Below, piece by piece: positions 37,811-47,050 of a stretch of 64,000 nt of DNA. The stretch comes from Gaiellaceae bacterium. GTDB taxonomy: Bacteria; Actinomycetota; Thermoleophilia; Gaiellales; Gaiellaceae. The notes under the pieces were generated by a model, which saw nothing but the letters and a program-made list of their open reading frames with translations, was not told the origin of the DNA and searched no databases. Position 1 is the first letter of the stretch, and each line of letters starts with the position of its first letter. The translations under genes were made by a program, and so were the position numbers. Where the stretch lies: NCBI GenBank assembly GCA_036496645.1, contig DASXKU010000073.1, forward strand, positions 539 to 64,538, in the 5' to 3' direction.

Positions 37811-38655
37811 GGGAGCGTGAATTCGCCTCGCGCAACGATGACGGCGGACCCACCGACGCGGACGCGCTCGAGGTTGTCCGCTGTTCCCTCGGCTACGGCG
37901 TACAGCGTCGACGGCCGGCCGATCTCGGTGCCCTGCGAGATCTCGATCTCTTCCCCGAACGCGATCCGGCCGTGCCGCGCAAGGTGCACGGCGAGCGGCC
38001 CCGCAGCCGAACCGGTCGCCGGATCCTCGTTCACGCCGTCGCCGGGCGCGAACATTCGCGTCTTCCAATGCTTCGCGTCGCGGGCGAACGTGTTGACGCC
38101 GTCTGCGCTCGCGCGCTGGAGCGCGTTGAAGTCCGGCCGGAGAGCAGCGACCGCCTCGGCCGATTCGAGCTCGACGTACGTGTGGCCCGGCCCGAGGTCA
38201 TAGCTCTCAACCGGCAGCGAAGATCCCTTGACTCCAAGCGCCGCCACGATCTCATCGACGTTGGAAACAGGTTTCCAGTTAGGGAGCGGCTGCTCCATCC
38301 ACCCGAAGACGATGCGCGGACCTTCGCGCTCAAGCTCGACCGGGACGACACCGGCACCAGTTTCGAGGCGAATCACGATCTTGGAAAGCGGGCCGCCGAG
38401 CACGAAAGCGCTGCCGAGTGTCGGGTGCCCGGCGAACGGGAGCTCCACCGCCGGCGTGAAGATACGGATGCGGACGTCGGCGTCGTCCACGGTTGCGGGC
38501 AGCACGAAGACGGTCTCCGAGAGGTTCGTCTCCCGCGCCAGCGACTGCATCTCCTCGCCGGTCAGATCGCGGCCGTCCGTGAAGACGGCCAGCTGGTTCC
38601 CGGCGAGAGGGACACTTGTGAAGACGTCGCAGACCGTGTACCGGAATTTGCGCAT
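37807..38655 (-). CDS. PhzF-family isomerase
   Basis: 282 aa. DVFT near the N-terminus, SETVFV, FAGHPTLG and EDPATGSAAGPL. Confidence 0.9.
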   Translation of the reverse strand: MRKFRYTVCDVFTSVPLAGNQLAVFTDGRDLTGEEMQSLARETNLSETVFVLPATVDDADVRIRIFTPAVELPFAGHPTLGSAFVLGGPLSKIVIRLETGAGVVPVELEREGPRIVFGWMEQPLPNWKPVSNVDEIVAALGVKGSSLPVESYDLGPGHTYVELESAEAVAALRPDFNALQRASADGVNTFARDAKHWKTRMFAPGDGVNEDPATGSAAGPLAVHLARHGRIAFGEEIEISQGTEIGRPSTLYAVAEGTADNLERVRVGGSAVIVARGEFTLP

Positions 38656-38767
38656 GTTCCAGAACCTATCCGAGGTTGTTTGCCGACCGACTGATGCCCG
38701 AGAATCGGCGACGCGGTCTACCTCTCTCGCTGCTTCACAAACTCGGCTACGCCCAGGTTCTGTACCG

Positions 38768-38875
38768 CGAGATGGGTGGCTTTTCGAACTCGCTTCCGAC
38801 GAGGCGTCCTACGTGACAGGCGCAACGTTCCTCGTCGACGGCGGCCTCACCGCCTCCTACGTCACGCCGCTGTAA
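38768..38875 (+). pseudogene. remnant of an SDR gene (last ~35 codons only)
   Basis: Translation ...LFELASDEASYVTGATFLVDGGLTASYVTPL* is a typical SDR C-terminus. No Rossmann or catalytic region lies upstream in any frame. Confidence 0.5.
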
Positions 38876-38888
38876 ATACGCTAGGCGC

Positions 38889-39272
38889 ATGCGGATCTTT
38901 CTCGTGCGCCACGCCGAAGCCGCGCCCGGCGACCCCGACGAGCTGCGCCCATTGACGCCGGAAGGGCGCGCGACCGCGCGCGAGGTCGGCGAACGATTGG
39001 CGGCGCAGCACATCGACGCCGTCGTCAGCAGCCCGCTGCTGCGCGCACGCGAGACCGCCGACGCGATCGCAAAGGCGGCGAACCTTGAAGCCGAGACCGA
39101 CGAACGCCTCGCGCCCGGCGCAGAGATGACCGACTTGAGCGCCGCCGTTTCGGAGCGCGGCGACAGGATCGTCGTCGTCGGCCATCAGCCCGACTGCAGC
39201 GAGATCGTGCTCGCGCTCACCGGGCAGGAAGTGTCGTTCGCACCGGGCGGCGTGCGCGAGCTCGACCTATGA
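38889..39272 (+). CDS. histidine phosphatase, SixA-like
   Basis: LVRHAEA catalytic motif at the N-terminus and VVGHQP later. 127 aa. Confidence 0.8.
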   Translation: MRIFLVRHAEAAPGDPDELRPLTPEGRATAREVGERLAAQHIDAVVSSPLLRARETADAIAKAANLEAETDERLAPGAEMTDLSAAVSERGDRIVVVGHQPDCSEIVLALTGQEVSFAPGGVRELDL

Positions 39273-40111
39273 GCGTCGCGGTCGCGGTTCACGGACTGAC
39301 GAAATCGTACGGTGAGCACCAAGCGCTACGCGGCATCGACTTCGAGATCGCCGCAGGCGAAGTGTTCGGCTTGCTCGGCCCGAACGGCGCGGGGAAGACG
39401 ACAACCGTCGAGATCCTCGAGGGCTACCGCAAGCGCGACGCCGGCACGGTGACGGTGCTCGGAGAGGACCCGCTCAAAGCCGGACGCGCGTGGCGCGAGC
39501 ATGTCGGCGTCGTGCTGCAGTCGTCGTCGCTGTACCCGAACCTGACGGTGCGCGAGAGCCTCAAGACATTCGCGGGCTATTACGCAAAGCCGCGCGACGC
39601 CGAAGAGGTCTGCACGATTGTCGGGCTCGACGAGAAGAAGGACGCGCGCGTGCGCACCTTGTCGGGGGGCCAAAAGCGCCGCCTCGATCTCGGTCTCGCG
39701 CTGATCGGCGACCCTCAGCTGATCTTCCTCGATGAACCGACCACCGGGTTCGACCCCGGCGCCCGCCGCGCGGCCTGGGACACGATCCGCAACCTGCGCG
39801 CGCTCGGCAAAACGGTGCTGCTGACGACCCACTACCTGGACGAGGCCGAGCAACTCGCCGACCGCGTGGCCGTGCTTCGCGACGGTGTGATCGTGCGCGA
39901 GGGGACACCCGCCGAGCTGACCGGCGGCAGTACGGAAACGGAGATCCGCTACACGCGAGGCGGCGAAAACATCATCGAGCGCACGACCGACCCGACGCGC
40001 CGTCTCAACGAGCTGACGGCCGACTGCCTCGCAAAGAACGAGACGCTCGACGAGCTCGAGGTGCGACGGCCGAGCCTCGAAGACGTCTACCTGGAGTTGA
40101 CGAGCGAATGA
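39269..40111 (+). CDS. ABC transporter ATP-binding protein (ABC-2/DrrA-like)
   Basis: Walker A GPNGAGKTT, signature LSGGQKRR, Walker B LIFLDEP. Confidence 0.9.
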   Translation: MSVAVAVHGLTKSYGEHQALRGIDFEIAAGEVFGLLGPNGAGKTTTVEILEGYRKRDAGTVTVLGEDPLKAGRAWREHVGVVLQSSSLYPNLTVRESLKTFAGYYAKPRDAEEVCTIVGLDEKKDARVRTLSGGQKRRLDLGLALIGDPQLIFLDEPTTGFDPGARRAAWDTIRNLRALGKTVLLTTHYLDEAEQLADRVAVLRDGVIVREGTPAELTGGSTETEIRYTRGGENIIERTTDPTRRLNELTADCLAKNETLDELEVRRPSLEDVYLELTSE

Positions 40112-40857
40112 AACTGTTCCTGCGCGAGCTGCGCACTGAGCAAGTGCTCTTCTGGCGGAATCGCGAGGCCGCGTTCTTCACGTTCTTTCTCCCCGTCATC
40201 TTCTTCCTGATCTTCGGTTCGATCTACGGCAGCGACACGATCGACGGAATCAAAGGGTCGCGCTTCCTCGAGGCGGGGATGATCGGCTACGGCGTCGCGT
40301 CGACCGCATTCGCGGGGCTTGCGATCACGATGGTGATTCGCCGCGAGTCGGGTGTGCTCAAACGGATCCGCTCGACACCGCTGCCACCGCAGACGTACAT
40401 CGCCGCCGTGCTTGCATCGACATTCCTCGTGTTCGCGATCGAAGCGCTGCTGATCATCGGCATCGGACGCGTGCTGTTCCACGTCGCCGTCCCCGACCGC
40501 CCCGGCTCGCTGATCGTCGCCCTCGTGATCGGCGCCGCCGCGTTCGCGGCGATCGGGCTCGGCATCACCGGCTTCGTGCATTCGGCGGAGGGCTCGTCGG
40601 CCGTCGTGAACGCCGTGTATCTGCCGATGGCGATCATTTCGGGGACGTTCTTCAACCCGCAGCACTATCCCGGCTTCCTCCGCGTGATCGCCGACGTCCT
40701 GCCACTTACCTACTTCACCAGACTGACTCGCGACGTGATGATCCGCAACCATCACGTGTGGTCGGAAACCGGTTCGCTCGCAATCGTCATCGCCTGGGGC
40801 CTTGTTGGCCTGATTGGCGCAATCTGGGGTTTTCGCTGGCAGCCACGTGATGCGTGA
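40108..40857 (+). CDS. ABC-2 type transporter permease
   Basis: Six hydrophobic segments. Coupled to the upstream ATPase (ATGA). Confidence 0.85.
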   Translation: MKLFLRELRTEQVLFWRNREAAFFTFFLPVIFFLIFGSIYGSDTIDGIKGSRFLEAGMIGYGVASTAFAGLAITMVIRRESGVLKRIRSTPLPPQTYIAAVLASTFLVFAIEALLIIGIGRVLFHVAVPDRPGSLIVALVIGAAAFAAIGLGITGFVHSAEGSSAVVNAVYLPMAIISGTFFNPQHYPGFLRVIADVLPLTYFTRLTRDVMIRNHHVWSETGSLAIVIAWGLVGLIGAIWGFRWQPRDA

Positions 40858-40887
40858 CTCACAGGCAGACTTTCACGTTGAACAGAT

Positions 40888-41223
40888 ATGACCGACGATT
40901 TTCCAATTGCGTTCGCCGTACGCCGGCACGACCCGCCGGGCCTCGAAGTACGCGTGAACTTCGGCGTATACGCAAGCCGCGGTGCGACGCCCGCTGAGAT
41001 CGACAAGCTCGCCGAGTGGCTGCTCGACGAGATCGGCGACGTGACGATCGTGGCCGAGGATCGGCACGAGATCGGCGCTCACAGCGAGGCGTCGGTGCAC
41101 CAGGTGCGTATCGAGGTGCAGGCGCCGGCGGATGAAGCGCTCGAGCAGCGGCTAGTCGCACGCGCCGAGCATTGGGCGCGCCTGTGTGCGGCCGACCGGC
41201 ATCTCGAAGTCACCGACGTGTGA
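40888..41223 (+). CDS. hypothetical protein (111 aa)
   Basis: Clean acidic frame. The stop overlaps the next gene's start. No family recognised. Confidence 0.5.
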   Translation: MTDDFPIAFAVRRHDPPGLEVRVNFGVYASRGATPAEIDKLAEWLLDEIGDVTIVAEDRHEIGAHSEASVHQVRIEVQAPADEALEQRLVARAEHWARLCAADRHLEVTDV

Positions 41224-41642
41224 CGCACATCCAAGGGGAGCGACGCTTCGACGCGGAGCCCGAGCGCGTGTTCGCAATGCTCACCGACCCGGCCGTGATC
41301 GCGTCGGCAATGCCGTTGATGAGCGGGCATCGCGTGATCGACGCCGACCACTGGGACGCGTCGGTGAAGCCACCGTTTCGTTTTGCACCCGCACTGACGA
41401 TCCGCTTCGAGGTGCTTGACCGCAGGCCGCCGACGCACGCCGCACTGCACGCGCACGGCGGCGGAGCAGACGTCACGTCGACGTTCGACCTCGCTGTCGA
41501 CAAAGGCGCGACGACGATGCACTGGCAGACGCATGTCGAGCTACGCGGCGTCCTCTCGCGCTTCGCCGGTCACGGGCTCGACGCGATTGCGCGACGCCAA
41601 GCCGAGCGCACGCTCGACGCGATCGCTCGCGCGCTGCTTTAA
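41220..41642 (+). CDS. SRPBCC / CoxG-like protein
   Basis: GTG 41220. Pattern FDAEPERVFAMLTDP...GHGLDAIARRQAERTL, typical of CoxG-like SRPBCC proteins. Confidence 0.65.
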   Translation: MTHIQGERRFDAEPERVFAMLTDPAVIASAMPLMSGHRVIDADHWDASVKPPFRFAPALTIRFEVLDRRPPTHAALHAHGGGADVTSTFDLAVDKGATTMHWQTHVELRGVLSRFAGHGLDAIARRQAERTLDAIARALL

Positions 41643-42658
41643 CGGGTCAGTGTGACTTTGGAGAGCCCGCCCGGGCGGTCGATGTCGGCCCCGCGGAGCT
41701 CGGCAATCCTCTTGGCGAGCAGCTGTCCTGGGATGACCGCCGTCAGCGGCGACAGCCACTCGGGCACGCCCGGCACCAGCGGCAGCGCCGCGCCGGGAGC
41801 CTCGCCGATCACGTAGAGGCGCGCTCCGCGCGCCGAGAGCGCGTCGATCGCGTCCTGCATGCTCGCGTGCGCCGGCCCGGAAGGCGCAATTGCAACGACC
41901 GGCCAATTCGGCGTGATCGCCGCGACCGGCCCGTGCATCAGGTCGGCAGACGAATAGGCCTCGAAAAGCAAACCCGACAGCTCGCGCACCTTCAACGCGA
42001 TTTCGTACGCGGTGCCGAACGTGATCCCGCGCGCCACGACCGTGCCTCCCGTGATCGCGTCGAGGCCGTCGAGCGCATCGACGTCCGCCTGCGAGCGCTC
42101 AAGTTGCGCAGCGACCTGAGACGGCATCCCTTCCAACTCCACCAGCGCGTGGTCGTCCTTTGTCGCCGTCGCAAACAGCAACGCGAGCGCACCGAGCGAG
42201 TTGAGATACGTCTTCGTCGCCGCCACGGACTGCTCCTCGCCCGCCTCCAGCGGAAGTACTGCGTCCGCTGCACGCGCGAGCGGCGAGCCTGGCATGTTGG
42301 TGAGCGCAATCGTCGGCCGGCCCTGCCGTCGCGCCTCTTCCACGACGGAGCGCACATCGGGCGACTCACCCGACTGTGAGATGCCGATCACCAGCGCGCC
42401 CTTCAATCGCGGCGGCTGCTCGTACAGCGTGTACAGCGACGGCGTGGCGAACGCGACCGGAACACGATGCGCGCGACCAAGCAGGTACTGGCCATACCGG
42501 GCGGCGTTCGACGAACTGCCGCGCGACGCGATCAGCACGTAGTCCACGTCGTCGCGCTGGAACAGCGCACTTACCTCTCGCGCAGAGTCTGCTTGGCGCT
42601 CGAGCAAGCGCGCGAGCGCCGCGGGCTGTTCGCGCAGCTCGTTGTCGAGGAACGTCAC
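41639..42658 (-). CDS. double-SIS-domain sugar isomerase/deaminase (GlmS C-terminal-like, NagB-II candidate)
   Basis: Two SIS repeats (IASRGSSSNAA, GISQSGESPD). Last gene of the GlcNAc operon. Confidence 0.8.
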   Translation of the reverse strand: MTFLDNELREQPAALARLLERQADSAREVSALFQRDDVDYVLIASRGSSSNAARYGQYLLGRAHRVPVAFATPSLYTLYEQPPRLKGALVIGISQSGESPDVRSVVEEARRQGRPTIALTNMPGSPLARAADAVLPLEAGEEQSVAATKTYLNSLGALALLFATATKDDHALVELEGMPSQVAAQLERSQADVDALDGLDAITGGTVVARGITFGTAYEIALKVRELSGLLFEAYSSADLMHGPVAAITPNWPVVAIAPSGPAHASMQDAIDALSARGARLYVIGEAPGAALPLVPGVPEWLSPLTAVIPGQLLAKRIAELRGADIDRPGGLSKVTLTR

Positions 42659-43017
42659 AGGCCGAGCCTTTCACGCGCGGCGGCGAGCGACACACGACTG
42701 CGTCCGTACGTAGCCAGATAGCCACGAGAACGCGACGGCTTCCACACAGGGAGACCGACTTCGACGACGACCGCGCCTTCGCGGTCGGCGGCATCGCGCA
42801 TCCACGCGTGGCGGTGTGCGTCACGGACGATGTAGACGTCGGCCGCGGGGACGTCCTCCCCCTCGCGCACGAGTCGCGCGCCGTCGAAACCGTGCTCGTG
42901 CTCGCCGGCAGCGATGTTCGCCACGGGAGCCAGCTCGACGACGCTCGCACCCGGCGCAACACGCACGTCGCCCGTCACTTCGAGCGCGCGGCGTGCAGCG
43001 TCAAGTCCGACTGACAC
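42655..43017 (-). CDS. hypothetical protein resembling the C-terminal extension of long actinobacterial GH3 enzymes
   Basis: GTG 43017 (or TTG 43023), overlapping the nagZ end by 17-23 nt. Pattern VVELAPVANIAAGE...YIVRDAHRHAW...VVVEVGLP. Confidence 0.5.
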   Translation of the reverse strand: MSVGLDAARRALEVTGDVRVAPGASVVELAPVANIAAGEHEHGFDGARLVREGEDVPAADVYIVRDAHRHAWMRDAADREGAVVVEVGLPVWKPSRSRGYLATYGRSRVSLAAARERLGL

Positions 43018-43951
43018 GCCCAACCCTTCCCGCAGCCTCTGCGACGCGCTCCTCCGCCAGCCGTCCCGAGCGCAGCGCGTCGAGCACCGCCTCCTCGATC
43101 GCCGCCACCGCTTCCTCGTGCAGATCGTGACCGATGCACAGCGAGTCGCACCCCGCCGCAAGCGCGCGCACCGCGCCCTCTTCCACGCCGACGCTGTCGC
43201 TCAGTCCTTTCATCTCCAGCGCGTCCGCCATCACCACACCGTCGAAGCCGAGCTCCTCCCGCAGCAGCGAGATCAACGCGGGATTGACGGTCGCCGGGTC
43301 GTCGCCGTAGCCCGGCACGCGAATGTGCGCAGTCATGATCGATGCCACGCCGGCCGCAATGGCAGAGCGAAACGGCTCGAGACCCGCTTCGACGTCTCCG
43401 ACCAGCGTCGGCAGTTCGAGGTGAGAGTCTTGCTCGGTCGAGCCGTGACCCGGAAAGTGCTTCGCACACGCCGCGACACCCTCGGATTGCATACCGCGCA
43501 CGTATGCGCCGACATGGCGCGCGACCAGCTCAGGATCGTCGCCGAACGAGCGCACGCCGATCACGGGATTGGCAGGGACGTTCACATCGGCGACGGGCGC
43601 GAGGTTCCAGTTCACGCCGACGGCGGCAAGTTCGAGCCCGATCGCACGCGCCACCGCTTCCGTCAGCGCCAGATCATCGACGTGCCCGAGCGCAGCGTTC
43701 CCGGGCGTCGAGCCGCCTTCTCCCGCGTCGATGCGTGTTACGTCGCCGCCCTCTTCGTCGATCGCCAGCAACACGTCCCCCCGCTCCGACTGCAGCTCCG
43801 AGGTCAGCCGCGTCAGCTGCGCGCGATCGCGCACGTTGTAGGAGAAGAGCATGATCGCGCCGCCACCTTCTGCGAGGAAGCGGCGAATCCAGTCCGGCAC
43901 GTCGGTGCCGGGGAAGCTCGGCGCCAGGCAGGCGCGCACGAGCTCTCTCAC
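43001..43951 (-). CDS. nagZ: beta-N-acetylhexosaminidase, GH3 (NagZ-like)
   Basis: GTG 43951 overlaps the permease stop (GTGA). GH3 motifs AIDEEGG, NLAPVADV, KHFPGHG. Confidence 0.85.
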   Translation of the reverse strand: MRELVRACLAPSFPGTDVPDWIRRFLAEGGGAIMLFSYNVRDRAQLTRLTSELQSERGDVLLAIDEEGGDVTRIDAGEGGSTPGNAALGHVDDLALTEAVARAIGLELAAVGVNWNLAPVADVNVPANPVIGVRSFGDDPELVARHVGAYVRGMQSEGVAACAKHFPGHGSTEQDSHLELPTLVGDVEAGLEPFRSAIAAGVASIMTAHIRVPGYGDDPATVNPALISLLREELGFDGVVMADALEMKGLSDSVGVEEGAVRALAAGCDSLCIGHDLHEEAVAAIEEAVLDALRSGRLAEERVAEAAGRVGRVSRT

Positions 43952-44772
43952 CCCTTCACAGCTCCCGCGGTGAGACCAAACGCAATCCGCCGTTGCACGA
44001 GCAGGAAGAAGATGACAACCGGGATCGCGGTGAGCGTCGATGCGGCCATCAGCGCGCCCCAGTCGGTGTTGCGGCTCGTGCCGAGAAAATAGGAGAGCCA
44101 CACGGTGACGGTCTGCTTCGACTGGTCGTTGAGCAGCACGCGCGCGAAGATGTACTCGTTCCAGCTCGTGATGAACGCGAACACCGAGGTTGCAACAAGA
44201 CCGGGCCCCATCAGCGGCAGCAAAATCTTCACGAACACGCCGACGCGCGTGGAGCCGTCGACCATCGCGGCCTCCTCGAGCTCCTTCGGAATGCCGACGA
44301 GAAACCCGCGCAGAGTCCACACTGAGAATGGCAGCACGAACGTGAGGTACGTGATGATCACGCCGGTCAGCGCATTCGTGAGGTGGTACCGCGCAAGCAC
44401 GACGTACAGCGGAATGACCATGCCCGCCGGCGGCAGCATCTGGATGCCGATCATCAGCACGATGAAAATCTTGCGGCCCGTGAAGCGATAACGAGCAAGC
44501 GCGATCGCCGCGAAGAACGCGAGCACGATCGCGATTGCCACGGTGACGGTCACGATGATCACGCTGTTCTTGACGTCGACCCAGAAGTAGGGCTTGTGAA
44601 TCGCGTCGCGGAAGTGCTGCAGCGTCGGGTGCGTCGGGAACCACGTCGGGTTGAGCGCAACGATCTGCGAATCCGACTTGAACGCGGTGGAGATCATCCA
44701 AAAGACGGGGAACACCATCACGACGAAGAGCGCGAGACCGACGACGTTCCACCCCATGCGCTTCGCGTTCAC
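43948..44772 (-). CDS. carbohydrate ABC transporter permease (MalG-like)
   Basis: Six TM helices. EAA region (LEEAAMVDGSTRVGVFVKILLP). Confidence 0.9.
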   Translation of the reverse strand: MNAKRMGWNVVGLALFVVMVFPVFWMISTAFKSDSQIVALNPTWFPTHPTLQHFRDAIHKPYFWVDVKNSVIIVTVTVAIAIVLAFFAAIALARYRFTGRKIFIVLMIGIQMLPPAGMVIPLYVVLARYHLTNALTGVIITYLTFVLPFSVWTLRGFLVGIPKELEEAAMVDGSTRVGVFVKILLPLMGPGLVATSVFAFITSWNEYIFARVLLNDQSKQTVTVWLSYFLGTSRNTDWGALMAASTLTAIPVVIFFLLVQRRIAFGLTAGAVKG

Positions 44773-45731
44773 AGGTTCTCCTCGCCGATCCGCACCATGC
44801 GTCGCACGTAGACGACGCTAAGCGCCGCGACCATGACGAGCATCAGGATCGAGATGGTCGCTCCGATCCCGAACTGGTTCTGGAAGTAGCCGCGCTCGAA
44901 GAGGTAGATGCTCATCAACTCGTTCCCCGGCCCGATCTTCGACTGGCCGATCAGCAGGTACGGCTGCGTGAAGACACCGAAGTCCCAGATGATCGACAGG
45001 CTCGTGAGGATGAGCAGGATCGGCTTGAGGATCGGCAGCGTGATGTCGAAGAACACGCGAAACGGCCGCGCACCGTCGACCTCGGCCGCTTCGACGAGAT
45101 CGCTAGGCACCTGCGCCAAGCCGGCGTAGAGCGTGATCACCACGAACGGCAGCGCGCCCCACACGATCAGTGTCGTGACGAGCGCGAGCTGCGAGAAGGT
45201 CGACGCGTACCAGTCGTGCTGGGTGTAGTTGCCGAGGTGCAGCTCCGTCAACGCATAGTTGACGACTCCGTTCTCGAAGTTCGTCATCCAGTACCAGATC
45301 TCAACCGCGACAACCGCCGGCATCGACCAGACGAGCACCAGCCCGGACGTGAGTAGCACGCGCACCCACCTGCTGACCTGCACGAGCAGCAGCGCGATCG
45401 ACATCCCGATCACGATCGTGAAGCCGACGTTCGCCGCCGTGAAGACCGCGGTGCGCAGCAGCGCGTGCCAGAACACCTGGTCGTGCAACACGGTGCCGTA
45501 GTTCTTGAGCCCGATGTACGGCCCCGCATGCCGGATCAGCTCGAACAGGCCGTACTGCTCGAACGACAAGCGCACGAGCCAGTAGAGCGGGTAGCCGAGA
45601 ACGAGCGCGATCGCCGCCAGGACGGGAACGATCAGCCAGTACGGAACGGATTGCGCCCAGAAACGGCGAAGCCGCCGGGACCGGAAGGGCTGGGTCCCGG
45701 CGGCGGTCGCCATCGCTTGCGCGTCGCGCAC
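44769..45731 (-). CDS. carbohydrate ABC transporter permease (MalF-like)
   Basis: EAA region (LVEAAEVDGARPFRVFFDITLP). Confidence 0.9.
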   Translation of the reverse strand: MRDAQAMATAAGTQPFRSRRLRRFWAQSVPYWLIVPVLAAIALVLGYPLYWLVRLSFEQYGLFELIRHAGPYIGLKNYGTVLHDQVFWHALLRTAVFTAANVGFTIVIGMSIALLLVQVSRWVRVLLTSGLVLVWSMPAVVAVEIWYWMTNFENGVVNYALTELHLGNYTQHDWYASTFSQLALVTTLIVWGALPFVVITLYAGLAQVPSDLVEAAEVDGARPFRVFFDITLPILKPILLILTSLSIIWDFGVFTQPYLLIGQSKIGPGNELMSIYLFERGYFQNQFGIGATISILMLVMVAALSVVYVRRMVRIGEENL

Positions 45732-45733
45732 GC

Positions 45734-46975
45734 CTACGGCTGGTTGAGCACCGAGGCGATGTTGTCGTCAGCGGAGCCGGCGGCCTGCTTGACCGTCAGC
45801 TTGCCGGTGAGGATCTGCTGAAGCATGTTGCGGAGGATGTTGCCGTTCTCGACGTCAACCCAGTGCTTCGCCTGCGGAACGAACCAGCTCCGCGCAGCCG
45901 CGCGCTCGTTGACGCTGTTGCCGAGCAGGTTGGTCGCGTTGGGGATGTTCCCCTTCGCCTGTAGCGCCTTCTCCGCCGACGTGCCGGTGAAGTCCTCGAT
46001 CCATGCGGTTGCCATCGCCGTGTTGGCGCTGGTCACCGGCACGGCGAGGTCGCTACCGCCGAGGAAGCCCGGCATCGAGGTGCCGGCCACGTGACCCGGC
46101 ATCACGAACTGAGCTGTGACGCCCTTGTAGTTCCCGACGCAGCAGCTGAACCAGCTCGGGCCGATCATCGACGCCGCCTGGCCCTGTGCGTACACGTCGT
46201 ACGGGTTCGGGTGCGCTTCGTCGGTCGTCTTGCTGGCCTTCGAGGTGCCGAGCCAGAAGTTCTTCCACGCGGTCAGACCCGCGATCGACTTCTTCGACTC
46301 GAGCAACCCCTTCCACTGGCCGCTGACCTGCGTCGCGATTCCGCCGCCGTAGTCGAACACGAAGCCCATGGCGACGTACCAATCGGTTCCCGCCATGTAG
46401 AAGGGCGAGAAGCCCTTCTTCGTGTTCTTCGTCGACAACTTCTTCGCGTCGGCCATGTACGCCGCCAGGCTGTTCGGCAGCTTCGTGATTCCGGCCTTCT
46501 TGAAGAGGTCGGTGCGATAGGTCACGACACGCGACCCGGCGTAGTACGGGATGCCGTAGGTCTTGCCGCCATAGACGCCGGACTTCGCAAGGCCCGAGAG
46601 CCAGCTGCCGGAGTTCTGGAACGAGCCCTTCGACGCCGAGAGGTTGGAGAACGCACCGGCCGCCATGTACGCGGTCATCTCGGTGTTCCCCATCTCGACG
46701 ACGTCCGGCCCACCGCTGCCGCCCGCCAGGTCGGCGTTCAGCTTCTGCAGGTGGTCGCCCCACGTCTGGTACTGCACGTTGACCGTCCAACCGGGATGGT
46801 CGGACTGGAACTGGTTCGTCGCCGATGCGACGACATCCGGCCAGCCGGACTGTGCGTCCGTCTGGAGCCAGACCGTAATGCTGCCCCCTGCCGCCTTCGC
46901 AGACGTCGAAACTGCAGCGATCGCTGCGATCGAAACTGCGATGAGACAGAGCGCGACGAGACTGCGTCTCTTCAT
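45734..46975 (-). CDS. sugar ABC transporter substrate-binding protein (GlcNAc/chitobiose candidate)
   Basis: Signal peptide plus family-1 SBP pattern. Sits in a nag/chitobiose context. Confidence 0.85.
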   Translation of the reverse strand: MKRRSLVALCLIAVSIAAIAAVSTSAKAAGGSITVWLQTDAQSGWPDVVASATNQFQSDHPGWTVNVQYQTWGDHLQKLNADLAGGSGGPDVVEMGNTEMTAYMAAGAFSNLSASKGSFQNSGSWLSGLAKSGVYGGKTYGIPYYAGSRVVTYRTDLFKKAGITKLPNSLAAYMADAKKLSTKNTKKGFSPFYMAGTDWYVAMGFVFDYGGGIATQVSGQWKGLLESKKSIAGLTAWKNFWLGTSKASKTTDEAHPNPYDVYAQGQAASMIGPSWFSCCVGNYKGVTAQFVMPGHVAGTSMPGFLGGSDLAVPVTSANTAMATAWIEDFTGTSAEKALQAKGNIPNATNLLGNSVNERAAARSWFVPQAKHWVDVENGNILRNMLQQILTGKLTVKQAAGSADDNIASVLNQP

Positions 46976-47050
46976 CTGGATGCCTCCAGCGTCAGGCGGG
47001 CCATTTGCTCGCTTCGCGTCGTGGCAAGCTCGCGAAGGGTTCGGCGCCGC

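Noticed and set aside
42995-43025. Calling the NagZ-like gene a frameshifted pseudogene
   Set aside because: The 316-aa product already covers a complete single-domain NagZ core (similar in size to E. coli NagZ, with all GH3 N-domain motifs seen). The downstream frame also has its own GTG/TTG start. It is kept as a low-interest finding rather than a pseudogene call.
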